Shown: in pieces, positions 1-10,058 of the stretch | Position numbering within the stretch: the stretch's first letter is position 1 | How the letters are laid out: every line of letters begins with the position of its first letter | DNA from: Candidatus Nomurabacteria bacterium | GTDB lineage: Bacteria > Patescibacteriota > Minisyncoccia > Phycocordibacterales > UBA9973 | Reading direction: 5' to 3' | Length of the DNA: 64,000 nt | Assembly: GCA_023267195.1 (NCBI GenBank) | Contig: JAHFNT010000002.1 | Location: forward strand, 87,830-151,829 | Position numbers and translations under genes: made by a program | The notes under the pieces: generated by a model | What the model was told of the DNA's origin: nothing | The model's database searches: none | What the model saw: only the letters and a program-made list of their open reading frames with translations

Positions 1-153
1 AGCATTTTTATCGGCCCGGAAGGAGGTTTTACTGAAAAAGAAATAAATTTAGCAGAAAAATCCGGCTACAGCGTAGCTTCTCTCGGCCCATTAACTCTAC
101 GCGGGGAAACCGCCGCCATTGTCGCCACCTATCGAGCAGTGGAAGGAATCTAG
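1..153 (+). CDS. rsmE: 16S rRNA m3U1498 methyltransferase, 3' part (runs off window start)
   Basis: Frame 1 reads SIFIGPEGGFTEKE...SLGPLTLRGETAAIVA...GI*, the RsmE IGPEGG and LRxETA motifs; stop TAG at 151-153. Confidence 0.9.
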   Translation, partial: SIFIGPEGGFTEKEINLAEKSGYSVASLGPLTLRGETAAIVATYRAVEGI

Positions 154-2207
154 CTTTCCAAAATTTTCCTCAACACATCTTCGGGAACCTCTTTGATCTT
201 CTCCCCCTGCGAAGGAGAAGTGCCAGCTTGACTGGCGAGGGGGTCCTTTTTTGTTTGGTTATTTTCTTCTTTTTTAATATATTTCTTCTCTACCTTCTCT
301 TGGATCAAACTTTTCAACTTATTCATTTCTTCCGGCGTTGCAGCGCGATCCTTGGATAATGGAATTTCTTTTTTTACCTCTTCCTTAACTTTCTCCTTTA
401 AAACATCTAGCGAGACAGCCCCGACCTGTGTCGGGGTACCGACTTGGGTCGGGAGCTCAAGTGTTTTATTTAAAACTTCCCGTAAAGCAGAATTGTCGGT
501 AGAGATATGGGTAGATTTTTTGGTAAAAACTTTTTTAATACTACTTAGGATTCCGGATTTATTCGTAGACGCCACTTTAGCTGGCTGCACTGAAGATTTT
601 TCAACTTTTTCGGCGCGTTCATTTTCCCTTCCCTTGTTGTCTTTTTGGGTAAATTCTATACCCAAATCCGCTAGCGGTTTAAAGAATTTAGACTCATCAT
701 ACCGGATTTGATCTTGTCCGCTTTTTTCTACCTTCACTTCGCCAGATTTTATTTTGGCGATACATTCTTTGCAATAAGCTGGCCTGCCCGGCTCTGGCTT
801 GAATGGCACGGTTTTTTCTTTACCGCAAAGAGAGCAAATTATTGGAAATTTTTCCAAAGGTCCGCCGCTGGCGGAAACATTATCTGTATCTCCGAGCGAC
901 ATTTCGCTCCATTCATTGATTTCTCTTTCGACAATCTCCCTCGGCCGGCAGTAAAGATCACGAGAAGATTTTATCACTTCTTCTTCTATTTTTTTATCGC
1001 CAGATTTTACCATCTGTGGCAAGGTTTTCGCAGAAAAAGGACGCGAGGTCACTCCATCGATCATTAATTTCATATAGACTTTGTAGTTCGGCAAATTAAC
1101 AATATCCTGCGGAGTGAATTCTGGCTCAAATTCTGATTCTAAAAATTCCGCGTCATCCGAACCGACCCGGAAAACAATCATCGTTCCCACGTTGCCAAAT
1201 ACCGCATCCCGCACAGCCGAACTCTTGTCCACCACAAGCTGAGCCGTATACTGGTGAGCGACCGTTAGATTTAAACGATATTTTCTAGCCTCAGACAGAA
1301 TACCCGCAAAAGCATCCGTCACGAAGTTTTGAAATTCATCGACGTATAAATAGAAATCTCGGCGATGTTCTTCTGGAATGCGCACGCGCTCCATCGCCGC
1401 TAATTGAATCTTGGTAATAATCATTCCCCCAAGGAGCCCTGAATTATCTTCACCGATGCGCCCCTTGGAAACGTTTACCAAGAAAATCTTACCATCATTC
1501 ATGATATCGAAAATATTTATAGTGCTCTTCGATTGACCGACGACATTTCGGATGATTGAAGTAGAAAGAAATTGTCCAACTTTGTTTTGAATCGGCGCAA
1601 TCGCTTCGTTTCTAAATTTATCCTGCCAAGCTTCGTATTCATGAACCCAGAAAGCTTTAATGACTGGATCTTTTAGATTGGTAATTATTTTTTGGCGATA
1701 ATCTTTATCGACGAGCATGCGAGGAATTCCCAAGAGTGTCGTACCGGGGGTATCAAGCAAGGCGAGAATTGTATTATTTAAAATATATTCCATACGGGCG
1801 CTCCAAGCATTCGCCCAAATTTTTGTAAAAATACCCATCAAACCGGAAGCGACTAAATGCTTGTATTGCGGATCAATGAGCTCTAGAACATTAAAGCCAA
1901 TATGATAATCTGCGTCGGCTGGATTGAAATAGACCACGTCTTTCATTCTATGGGGCGGAATAGCAGAAAGAACTGCTTCGACGTTTTCTCCATGCGGATC
2001 AACCAGACAAACCCCTTCGCCGTTCTGAATATTCTGGATGATCATATTAAACATCAGCACCGATTTACCAGTACCGGACTTTCCGAGAATATAAACATGC
2101 TGCCGTCTGTCTTTGCGCTTGATGCCAAAAAGCTGATTTTTGTCGCGATAAGTGGTAAGACCAAGATAAGTAATATCTTTATTTATGGGTATTTCTGGAA
2201 GTTCCAT
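150..2207 (-). CDS. VirB4/VirD4 (TraG/HerA-like) ATPase with C-terminal CxxC-x17-CxxC zinc ribbon and low-complexity tail
   Basis: Walker A GKSGTGKS, DPHG, Walker B LYVDEFQNF, SEARKY, AHQY; CSLC...CKEC. Confidence 0.85.
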   Translation of the reverse strand: MELPEIPINKDITYLGLTTYRDKNQLFGIKRKDRRQHVYILGKSGTGKSVLMFNMIIQNIQNGEGVCLVDPHGENVEAVLSAIPPHRMKDVVYFNPADADYHIGFNVLELIDPQYKHLVASGLMGIFTKIWANAWSARMEYILNNTILALLDTPGTTLLGIPRMLVDKDYRQKIITNLKDPVIKAFWVHEYEAWQDKFRNEAIAPIQNKVGQFLSTSIIRNVVGQSKSTINIFDIMNDGKIFLVNVSKGRIGEDNSGLLGGMIITKIQLAAMERVRIPEEHRRDFYLYVDEFQNFVTDAFAGILSEARKYRLNLTVAHQYTAQLVVDKSSAVRDAVFGNVGTMIVFRVGSDDAEFLESEFEPEFTPQDIVNLPNYKVYMKLMIDGVTSRPFSAKTLPQMVKSGDKKIEEEVIKSSRDLYCRPREIVEREINEWSEMSLGDTDNVSASGGPLEKFPIICSLCGKEKTVPFKPEPGRPAYCKECIAKIKSGEVKVEKSGQDQIRYDESKFFKPLADLGIEFTQKDNKGRENERAEKVEKSSVQPAKVASTNKSGILSSIKKVFTKKSTHISTDNSALREVLNKTLELPTQVGTPTQVGAVSLDVLKEKVKEEVKKEIPLSKDRAATPEEMNKLKSLIQEKVEKKYIKKEENNQTKKDPLASQAGTSPSQGEKIKEVPEDVLRKILES
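198..244. repeat. Family A double-hairpin palindromic element, in frame in the ATPase gene (DPLASQAGTSPSQGEK)
   Basis: Stems cttctcc/ggagaag and gccag/ctggc; reverse complement of 198-215 is identical to 35346-35363. Confidence 0.75.
419..453. repeat. Family B tandem CCGAC-N4-GTCGG palindromes, in frame (PTQVGTPTQVG)
   Basis: ccccgacctgtgtcggggtaccgacttgggtcggg; related copies at 49315, 56887 and 59382. Confidence 0.8.
861..875. repeat. 15-bp hairpin TCCGCC-gct-GGCGGA, in frame (SASGG)
   Basis: Perfect 6-bp GC stem in an AT-rich linker. Confidence 0.55.
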
Positions 2208-2289
2208 ATGTCCATAAATTATAACAGAGATTTCCCAAACTAAAAAGCCTCTAATGTTTCAACAAATTAAAGATTTAGGGGGAAGGACT

Positions 2290-2946
2290 CTACCAAGGAA
2301 ATTTCTCCCCTTTAAACCAAAACTGACCCGTTTCTGGTTTGGAAATAGCCAAATCATAAATATATAAAGCTGCTTCTTCGGGCGACATATCTGCACCTGG
2401 TAAAGCCATATCTGTCATCACTGCTCCTGGGTGTACAGAAGAAACAGTTGCTTTGCCTTTTAATTGGTAAGACAAAATCCTAGTAAACATATTCAGTCCA
2501 GCCTTTGAAATTTTATATGATGGACTACTGGTACCAGGTGGATAACTTAAAGAGCCCTGACGAGAAGAAATGTTCACGACATGAGCATTCAAGTTTAACA
2601 GAGGAATAATGCGCTCGGTAAAATCAATTGGGCCGATCAAATTTGTTTCCAACACTTTTCTTAAAGCAGATATATTCTTTTTAGGATCTTTATCTTCTGG
2701 AAGCCAGGTGCCAGCATTGTTGATTAGTATATCAATCGGTTTTTTGAAATTTATAATTTCGTTCGCGCAATTTTCAATACTCTCAGAATCTGTTAAATCT
2801 AATTTAAGTATTGTTAAATTCTGGTGATCGAGACTGGTCTTACCCTTGGTTGACGTACCAAGAACAAAATATCCTTCTGATAAAAATTTTTGCGCTAGGG
2901 CTTTGCCGATACCCCTACTTATTCCCGTAATTAAAACGGTTTTCAT
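2290..2946 (-). CDS. Short-chain dehydrogenase/reductase
   Basis: TGISRGIG, NNAG and YKISK motifs; start moved to ATG 2946, 6 nt after TGcTATACT. Confidence 0.9.
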   Translation of the reverse strand: MKTVLITGISRGIGKALAQKFLSEGYFVLGTSTKGKTSLDHQNLTILKLDLTDSESIENCANEIINFKKPIDILINNAGTWLPEDKDPKKNISALRKVLETNLIGPIDFTERIIPLLNLNAHVVNISSRQGSLSYPPGTSSPSYKISKAGLNMFTRILSYQLKGKATVSSVHPGAVMTDMALPGADMSPEEAALYIYDLAISKPETGQFWFKGEKFPW

Positions 2947-2989
2947 TAATAAAGTATAGCAAAAAATCTGCAAACCGAAAATCCCTTTA

Positions 2990-3020
2990 AAAAACGACTA
3001 GGTCTTGCCTAGTCGTTTTT
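2990..3020 (-). terminator. Intrinsic terminator after dnaK
   Basis: aaaaacgactagg-tcttg-cctagtcgttttt. Confidence 0.8.
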
Positions 3021-3034
3021 GGCTTGGGAATATT

Positions 3035-4945
3035 TTACGCTTTTGGCTCCTCTCCTTCCTTCTTTTCCTTAAACTCCGCATCCTTCACTTCACTTGGCTG
3101 TTCTTCAGGAGCCGAAGGTCCTGCATTCGCCTGCCCCGAGCCTGTCGAATGGGCCATTGCTTCCCCTATTTTAGACATTTCAGATGAAAGCTCTTCTGTT
3201 GCTTTTTTAATTGCCTCGCCATCAGTGCCATCTTTTACGCCTTTGAGAGCGGAAATTTTGGCTTCTACTCCAGACTTCAAGTCAGCTGGCACTTTGTCGC
3301 CAGCATCTTTGACCGCTTTTTCTGCAGTATAGATAATCATCTCGGCAGTATTTTTTAGATCTACGACTTCTTTCTTCTTTTTATCCTCTTCTGCATGCAG
3401 TTCGGCATCGGCTTGCATCTTTTTAATATCTTCTTCTTTCAAACCAGAACTTGCTTCGATTTTAATTGATTGAGTTTTGCCTGAAGCTTTATCTTTCGCA
3501 GTCACATTCAAAATTCCATTCGCATCTACATCAAAAGAAACTTCAATCTGTGGCATACCGCGAGGTGCTGGTGGCACCCCATCCAAAATAAATCTGCCTA
3601 AACTTTTGTTATCACTTGCCATCGGGCGTTCGCCTTGCACGATATGGATTTCCACCGATGTTTGATTATCCGCAGCGGTTGAAAATACTTGCGATTTATT
3701 TGAAGGAATAGTCGTATTGCGTTCGATCAATTTTGTCGCTACTCCGCCAAGCGTCTCAATGCCAAGCGAAAGCGGAATAACATCGAGAAGCAAAACATCA
3801 CGCACATCCCCTTGTAGCACGCCTGCTTGCACGGCTGCGCCGAGAGCCACGACTTCATCCGGGTTGATAGTTAAGTTTGGGGTCTTGCCGAAAACTTTTT
3901 TCACTTCTTCGACAATTTTTGGCATACGAGTCTGTCCGCCTACCATCACTATCTCATTCATATCTTCCATTTTGAAACCAGAAGCAGCCATAGCGCGTTT
4001 GGTGATCTCAATAGAACGCGAAATGTATTCGTCAGCGAGTGATTCAAGTTGCGCGCGAGTCATTTTGAGAAGAAGGTGTTGAGGCCCTTCTGAGGTAGAA
4101 GTGATGAATGGAATGTTTATTTCACTTTCGATAGCAGTAGAAAGTTCTATTTTAGCTTTTTCCGCTGCTTCATCGAGACGCTGAAGGGCAAGCTTATCAC
4201 TGCGCACATCGACGCCAGAGGTCTTTTTAAATTCTTCCGCAATCCAGTTGATAATTTTATGATCAATATCCCGGCCTCCCAAATGACTATCTCCGTCTGT
4301 AGATTTTACTTCGATGACATCATCGCCGATTTCTAGCACGGATACGTCGAAAGTTCCGCCACCGAAATCGTAGACAACGATCTTTTCATTTTTCTTTTTA
4401 TTAAAACCGTACGCTAACGCTGCGGCTGTCGGTTCGTTAATTATTCTTTTTACATCCAGTCCAGCAATTGCCCCCGCATCTTTGGTCGCTTTTCTTTGCG
4501 CATCGTTGAAATAAGCTGGGACCGTGATTACCGCTTCGGTAATTTTCTCTCCGAGTTTTGCTTCTACATCTGCTTTTATCTTGGAAAGGATCATTGCTGA
4601 AACTTCTTCTGGGCGCATCCATTTATCGCCAATTTTTACTTCCACACCACCATTAGCAGATTTTTGAATTTTAAAAGAGGCATTTTTCAAATCCTTTTGC
4701 ACTTCTGGATCTTCAAAATTGTGACCCATAAAACGCTTAATACCATAAACAGTATTTTCTGGATTGGTCACCGCTTGTCTCTTGGCTAAAAGCCCGACGA
4801 GCCTATCGCCATTTTTAGCCACGGCCACGACAGAAGGCGTCGTGCGATTCCCTTCGACATTTTCAATAATTTTTGGCGCGCCACCTTCAATGATGGCGAC
4901 CGCTGAATTTGTTGTACCCAAATCTATACCTATTGTTTTACTCAT
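3035..4945 (-). CDS. dnaK: Chaperone DnaK (Hsp70)
   Basis: [35 protein letters not shown]. Confidence 0.99.
   Translation of the reverse strand: MSKTIGIDLGTTNSAVAIIEGGAPKIIENVEGNRTTPSVVAVAKNGDRLVGLLAKRQAVTNPENTVYGIKRFMGHNFEDPEVQKDLKNASFKIQKSANGGVEVKIGDKWMRPEEVSAMILSKIKADVEAKLGEKITEAVITVPAYFNDAQRKATKDAGAIAGLDVKRIINEPTAAALAYGFNKKKNEKIVVYDFGGGTFDVSVLEIGDDVIEVKSTDGDSHLGGRDIDHKIINWIAEEFKKTSGVDVRSDKLALQRLDEAAEKAKIELSTAIESEINIPFITSTSEGPQHLLLKMTRAQLESLADEYISRSIEITKRAMAASGFKMEDMNEIVMVGGQTRMPKIVEEVKKVFGKTPNLTINPDEVVALGAAVQAGVLQGDVRDVLLLDVIPLSLGIETLGGVATKLIERNTTIPSNKSQVFSTAADNQTSVEIHIVQGERPMASDNKSLGRFILDGVPPAPRGMPQIEVSFDVDANGILNVTAKDKASGKTQSIKIEASSGLKEEDIKKMQADAELHAEEDKKKKEVVDLKNTAEMIIYTAEKAVKDAGDKVPADLKSGVEAKISALKGVKDGTDGEAIKKATEELSSEMSKIGEAMAHSTGSGQANAGPSAPEEQPSEVKDAEFKEKKEGEEPKA
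3129..3154. repeat. Family C palindromic element in the DnaK C-terminal tail (HSTGSGQA)
   Basis: Minus strand gcccattcgacaggctcggggcaggc; shares the TTCGAC-N2/3-GCTC core with 53347-53371. Confidence 0.65.
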
Positions 4946-4997
4946 ATTTTTTATATGTTATTTATAATTTAACTTATATTTCGCGACCACTAATTAT

Positions 4998-5026
4998 TTG
5001 TATAAAAGCAGTATATATGATAGTAT
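4998..5026 (+). promoter_or_regulatory. Sigma70-type promoter, probably leaderless
   Basis: TTGTAT-17-TAGTAT with TG extension; ATG 6 nt downstream. Confidence 0.55.
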
Positions 5027-5032
5027 ATATCC

Positions 5033-5551
5033 ATGTCAAGCAAATCAAAATATTCCAACAAAATATTAAAAATATTGGGCGAAAAACCGGCCATACCACT
5101 AGAATCTCTTAAGGATGCGGATAACCCAAAAATTTCTTATGCTGTTGCTCGTTCTATAAAAAATCTTGTAACATCAGGCTGCGCCGAGATGCTAAATTCT
5201 GCCAACCAAAAATTTGTACGCATTACCAAAGAAGGTAAGACGAAACTAAACACCCTGCGTCTCGAAGGCGAAGATGCGCTAATCCCCTCTTCTTGGGATG
5301 GATTTTGGAGAATTATTTTAATCGATCTGCCGGAGAACAGAAAAAGTGAAAGAGAGAGTGTGCGTTATCTATTAAAAAAAGCAGGTTTTGTTTGTTTGAA
5401 AAATTCGGCTTGGATTTCTCCATTCCCTTTTGAACATTTGTTTACGAATATAAAAAAAGATTTAGGATTAACGACGGAGATGATGATCATCGTTACAGAA
5501 TTCATAGATGAAGAAACCAAGAAAGTTCTCTTTGAAACTTTCAGTAAATAA
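5033..5551 (+). CDS. PaaX-like winged-helix regulator with Cas2-like/ferredoxin-fold C-terminal domain
   Basis: wHTH ending RITKEG, then WDGFWRIILIDLPE...R...LKKAGF...NSAWISP; no array or cas1 nearby. Confidence 0.7.
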   Translation: MSSKSKYSNKILKILGEKPAIPLESLKDADNPKISYAVARSIKNLVTSGCAEMLNSANQKFVRITKEGKTKLNTLRLEGEDALIPSSWDGFWRIILIDLPENRKSERESVRYLLKKAGFVCLKNSAWISPFPFEHLFTNIKKDLGLTTEMMIIVTEFIDEETKKVLFETFSK

Positions 5552-5560
5552 ATTTTTTAT

Positions 5561-5866
5561 TTAAGCAATCTTTTCTGTCATCCAAGTCTTATAGGCTCGA
5601 TTGATTCTGCGGACATCTACACCGGCAATCATGGGGGTGGAATAGCTGTGGTGCTTGGAGATTAGATCGTTTACATCCTCAAGTTTTGGTTCGAAAGTAA
5701 CGATCACCATCATCACTTCTTCCATTTTTTTAAACTTCCCTTCCCAGTCATAGATAGACTTGATTGGCCAGTAATGCACACAAGCGCCCATTTTTTTCTC
5801 AATAATAAGCTTACTGAGAGTTTCCGCCTCTTCAATTGTCGCGCAAGTAGTATGTATAAATACCAT
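5561..5866 (-). CDS. cutA: Divalent-cation tolerance protein CutA
   Basis: ACV...IKSIYDWEGK...EE...HHSYSTP. Confidence 0.85.
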   Translation of the reverse strand: MVFIHTTCATIEEAETLSKLIIEKKMGACVHYWPIKSIYDWEGKFKKMEEVMMVIVTFEPKLEDVNDLISKHHSYSTPMIAGVDVRRINRAYKTWMTEKIA

Positions 5867-5935
5867 AAAATAGAGAATAGTATCCTTATAATCATTAGTG
5901 TCCGACCTTTCCCTTATTATACCACTTTACAAATT

Positions 5936-7684
5936 TTAGTAAATTTCTTGGTTGTAACAATTTTCGCAATAAACCTTCTCTGGCCGCTCGGGAGCATACG
6001 GAGTTTCGAATTCATTCTGACACTGAGCTTCATGACCGTGATTTGATAAATTACAGGTACACTGACGATGATATAATTTCAGTGGCGGTACTTGTGAAAA
6101 CCTTTCATAGTATCTGCAGTTCGAGCATAAAATTGGAATAGGTATATGATGCTTCTCATAAAATCTAAGCTCATAATCAGTCAGGCGAAACGCACTAGTG
6201 CATTGATGTGAGCATTTCTCCTCATGTATACATCCCAGGACTTCATCTAAAATACTTTTATTAACATTGTTTAAATCATCGGGAATTTCATGTGCAGGCA
6301 TAGTAATGTTGAAATTTTTATCTTGTGGCTCACGCCACGCATAACCCTTCTTTTCTGCTTCCTCTTTTGTCAAAGGAAAAAATTCTTGCGCTAAAGTTTC
6401 ATTGTACGCCCAAGGAGAAATTTCGATTGGAAAAAATTCTCCATATTTATATATTCTACCTGCTTTATCTATAAAAGGCATACTACTCATTTGCTCTATA
6501 ATTCTCGTCCTTAATATTTTATATTCCTCTTCAGAATAAACTTTATTAAAAATTGCATTTTCTACATTATTAAGTGAAATACAACCAAAAATATTAGTAC
6601 AATTTCTACAACATTCAGTATAATCAGCGTTTCTCACAGAATTTATCGCTGAATAAGAAAATTTTACATTATAATCATTCAGACAACCTGTAGTATATTC
6701 ATAAATTAATTCTGATACCATGGCATAACTAACATCCATAGAATCCTTGAAGGAGGCAAAGGCTCTGTGGCAATATTTTAAATTTTCTGCATTATAAATA
6801 TCAAAACAATTATGGCAATTTTTTACATTCAAAAGATTATTACCTGTAGAATTTATAGAACGAACAATATTGGCAAAACGATATATTGCTGATTGTTTAA
6901 TTTTTATAAATTCTTCCAAAAGAACTTCGCGTGAAGCTCGACTTTTTAAATTTAGTTTTTCTAATTCATTAAAATAGTCTTCTTTAGAATATTGCCGATT
7001 GCGGATATAAAATTTTTTATTACGTAAGTTGTGCGAAAGCACGCAGTCGCTGCAATTTACACAATCAACTAGAAAATAAGAATCGATGCAATTTTTTGAC
7101 AACAAAAGATACTGGCAATTATAGTTTTTTTCTCCTTCAATATTCTCGTACAAATTTTGACCTTCTTTTATGTTCAAACAATCTACGATATCTCCTGACT
7201 TATCGATATTTTTAGAATAAAAAACATTCTCGGATCCTGCCACTACACTATAAGATAAATAAACATTTTTAGATTCACCGCAAGCGTTTGTATAATCCGA
7301 ATCAACCATATTCCTTTGCCATAAAGCTAACCTGGGAACAACATCTATAAATTTTTTATACTGCTCAAAAAATGATTGATTAAAATCGTAATCTCGAGCG
7401 TAATCTTTAGCATCCCACCCGTCTCCCCACCAACATTCATTGCAATAAACAGGAAAAGACACAGATTCGTTATACATTGCAATAATATTTTTATTACACA
7501 AATCACACTTGCGCTTATACAACGTTCGCTCATTGCGCCAAGCCAGTCTTCTCTGCATCCGACATTTTGGACAAAAAGTCGGCGGCGGAACCTTTATCTT
7601 TTCATAAAAATTAAAATCTTCACTTTCTATAGTGAAATCCTTTTTGCAGTTTTGACATATTTTGTTTTCACTTTTGTATTCCAT
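5936..7684 (-). CDS. Large Cys-rich protein with terminal zinc ribbons and internal CxxC/S-x-N repeats (unknown function)
   Basis: CQNCKKDF...PPTFCPKCR, VYCNECWW, NCTNIFGC, YGEFFP, terminal VYCENCY. Confidence 0.75.
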   Translation of the reverse strand: MEYKSENKICQNCKKDFTIESEDFNFYEKIKVPPPTFCPKCRMQRRLAWRNERTLYKRKCDLCNKNIIAMYNESVSFPVYCNECWWGDGWDAKDYARDYDFNQSFFEQYKKFIDVVPRLALWQRNMVDSDYTNACGESKNVYLSYSVVAGSENVFYSKNIDKSGDIVDCLNIKEGQNLYENIEGEKNYNCQYLLLSKNCIDSYFLVDCVNCSDCVLSHNLRNKKFYIRNRQYSKEDYFNELEKLNLKSRASREVLLEEFIKIKQSAIYRFANIVRSINSTGNNLLNVKNCHNCFDIYNAENLKYCHRAFASFKDSMDVSYAMVSELIYEYTTGCLNDYNVKFSYSAINSVRNADYTECCRNCTNIFGCISLNNVENAIFNKVYSEEEYKILRTRIIEQMSSMPFIDKAGRIYKYGEFFPIEISPWAYNETLAQEFFPLTKEEAEKKGYAWREPQDKNFNITMPAHEIPDDLNNVNKSILDEVLGCIHEEKCSHQCTSAFRLTDYELRFYEKHHIPIPILCSNCRYYERFSQVPPLKLYHRQCTCNLSNHGHEAQCQNEFETPYAPERPEKVYCENCYNQEIY

Positions 7685-7767
7685 TTGATTTTACTTAAGA
7701 ATTTGCGATAGCAGAGTTTTAAGTTTTTATTTTAAATTACATATATACGCCATGGCTGATATATACA

Positions 7768-9435
7768 TTAGGCTATATTTTGTTTATAGCACTCTTCACA
7801 AGCAACCTTCTGATATCCCCATTCCGGCGGATAATATGCCATTATATCTTTTTCGCAATAAAAACACTTATATGGATAACTTTTTATTATCGACATTTTT
7901 TTAATAGCTTTCATTATTCTCAAGTCAAAATGTAACCGAGGTAAAGCAAAATTTTTCCTTTTATGAAATTCATATTCTGTTGGGGCAATGTTAAACCTAT
8001 ATTTGGTTTCGGGACAAATTAAGGCTTGGAGAGAAATATCGGCCTTTGTGTCAATAATAGAATCTGGCAATTCAAGTGAAGAAATACCATCAGCGGATGA
8101 TAAATTTTCCTCTGACCAATAACCCTCTTTGTCTAGTATTTCCTTTTCCGTTATATTGGGGAAATATATAATCCCTGTAGAAAAATTATAGTCACACAAG
8201 CCCATAGAATATGGCAAAAATTTGCCATATTCCCCCCTCTTCTGCATGTCTCTAACAATCTGCTCGCGCAGCTTCTCATACTCTTCTTTGCTATATTGTT
8301 TATTCAAAATACAATACTTCTTTTTTCTAAGACCAACACACCCAAAGCAATATTCACATTCTATACACAAATCTAAATACTCAGAATACCTGGCATCTGA
8401 CCAAGATGAATGTTTGATCCCAAAGCCACCAAAAACTCCACTATTATTTCCTGACATTTCCGTATTCCATGTAAAAGTTTGATCAATAGAGTCCTTGGTT
8501 TTCATGCCCCTTATGTGATTTCTGCAATTTTGAGATTTTTCCCAAAAGAAACAGTTGACACATTTGTCACAATCAGTTAAATAATCTCCCGAGGAATTGG
8601 TTGTTCTTAAATTAAAATTCTCCCTATGTACAACTTCTTTCTTTAATATGTCTTCAAACTCTTTTTTTAGAACATTTATCTTGGAATAAGAATCGAATTC
8701 TACTTTTTTTATTCTTTCTTCATACTGTTCTTTGGTATATTGTGTGTTTCTTATACAATATTTTTTATTGCGTAAATTCCAAGACATAAAACAATTTTGG
8801 CAATTCCGACAATCGTACAAAAAATAAGAATCAATACAATCACGAGAATTTTCAGAAAAATTCAAATTATAAGAATTATGACAAGAAAGACAGTCGTAAG
8901 AGTTTTGTAAATTAAAACAGTAGACAATGTCGAAGGAATCTTTAGCCTCTACCACTCTGTACAGATAGCTAGAATTCTCACATTTCAATAAAGATCGAGA
9001 TAAATAACAATTTTTAGATTCCCAAACATCATCACACCAATCACAATTAGTACTATTTTCACCAGTCTGATGTGGACGAGGAATTTTTTCTTGAAGTTCC
9101 TTTAGTTGTGCAAAGAATGATTTACTTGGATCGTATTCTTGCGCATAAGATATTGGATCCCAACCATCACTCCACCATTCGTGTGATTTATAAATAGGGT
9201 ATCTAGATTTTTCCGGCAAAACAGTAATCAGGCTTTCTCCAGAAAGATCAGATTTACCCTTGCGAAATTTACCAAATATAACAAATGCAAAATGCTGTTT
9301 TATTCTACACAAAAAACACTGAGCGGGAATACTCAATTCAATTTTTTCATACAAACCCAAATCACCAGAATCTATTTCAAATTCATTTTTACAATCAACA
9401 CAAACTTTAGTTTGGTTCTTTGTATTCATATACAT
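7768..9435 (-). CDS. Large Cys-rich protein, paralog of 5936-7684
   Basis: CVDCKNEF, CFLCR, NCQNCF, CEYCFGCVGL, YGKFLP, terminal VACEECY; start (9435 or 9429) overlaps the grpE 3' end. Confidence 0.75.
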   Translation of the reverse strand: MYMNTKNQTKVCVDCKNEFEIDSGDLGLYEKIELSIPAQCFLCRIKQHFAFVIFGKFRKGKSDLSGESLITVLPEKSRYPIYKSHEWWSDGWDPISYAQEYDPSKSFFAQLKELQEKIPRPHQTGENSTNCDWCDDVWESKNCYLSRSLLKCENSSYLYRVVEAKDSFDIVYCFNLQNSYDCLSCHNSYNLNFSENSRDCIDSYFLYDCRNCQNCFMSWNLRNKKYCIRNTQYTKEQYEERIKKVEFDSYSKINVLKKEFEDILKKEVVHRENFNLRTTNSSGDYLTDCDKCVNCFFWEKSQNCRNHIRGMKTKDSIDQTFTWNTEMSGNNSGVFGGFGIKHSSWSDARYSEYLDLCIECEYCFGCVGLRKKKYCILNKQYSKEEYEKLREQIVRDMQKRGEYGKFLPYSMGLCDYNFSTGIIYFPNITEKEILDKEGYWSEENLSSADGISSLELPDSIIDTKADISLQALICPETKYRFNIAPTEYEFHKRKNFALPRLHFDLRIMKAIKKMSIIKSYPYKCFYCEKDIMAYYPPEWGYQKVACEECYKQNIA

Positions 9436-10003
9436 TCACCCTCGCTGGACGAATGACACGCTCGCCCAACTTGTAACCCTTTTGGATCACTTCCGCCACC
9501 GTGTGTTCAAGTTCTTTCTTCTCTGTTTCTACGACGTTTATGGATTCATGAATATTTGGATCAAAAGCTTCACCTACTTCTCCTACGGATTTCACGCCAT
9601 ATTCTTCAAAAATCGTATGGAGCTGTGAGTAAATATATTCCACACCTTTGCGCCAGCTTGCATCCACTTTCCCCCAAGCTTCTTTGTTTTGAAATGCCAT
9701 GTTGAAACTATCCACCACAGAAAGAAACCTAGTTAAAATTCTTTCCCGAACAGCTTCGGAAAACAGAGCACGCCTGTTGTCTTCTTCTTTCCGGTAGTTT
9801 GCAAATTCTGCCCGTTCTTTCTGCCAGCCGGTTAAATATTCTTCTTTTTCTTTCTTCGCTTGCTTTAAATCCGCTCTAAGTTTTTTCAGAGTCTTCTTTA
9901 AATCTTCTTCCCCGTCTTCATTAAACTCAAACTCTTCTACCTCCGTGGTATCAATCTCGGACTCGTTTTTTTCAGACTCTTTTTTAATTTCTTCGTCTTG
10001 CAT
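9407..10003 (-). CDS. grpE: Nucleotide exchange factor GrpE
   Basis: AEFANYRK, FDPNIHE, QKGYKLGERVIRPARV. Confidence 0.97.
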   Translation of the reverse strand: MQDEEIKKESEKNESEIDTTEVEEFEFNEDGEEDLKKTLKKLRADLKQAKKEKEEYLTGWQKERAEFANYRKEEDNRRALFSEAVRERILTRFLSVVDSFNMAFQNKEAWGKVDASWRKGVEYIYSQLHTIFEEYGVKSVGEVGEAFDPNIHESINVVETEKKELEHTVAEVIQKGYKLGERVIRPARVNVYEYKEPN

Positions 10004-10017
10004 AATTTCATCTTAGC

Positions 10018-10052
10018 ACAAAAATACCCCTATTTTCAAGGGGTATTTTTGT
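10018..10052 (-). terminator. Terminator after rpsI
   Basis: acaaaaatacccct-attttca-aggggtatttttgt. Confidence 0.8.
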
Positions 10053-10058
10053 TTTAAA

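Noticed and set aside
5033-5551. Cas2-like domain suggesting a CRISPR locus
   Set aside because: No repeat-spacer array or other cas genes in the window; the N-terminal wHTH fits a PaaX-like regulator
7693-7724. Weak hairpin between the Cys-rich paralogs
   Set aside because: AT-rich with several mismatches (11/14); no second copy seen
10009-10020. TTAGCAC upstream of grpE resembling a CIRCE half-site
   Set aside because: No second arm; on the minus strand it is the extended -10 TGcTAAGAT, also seen before secA
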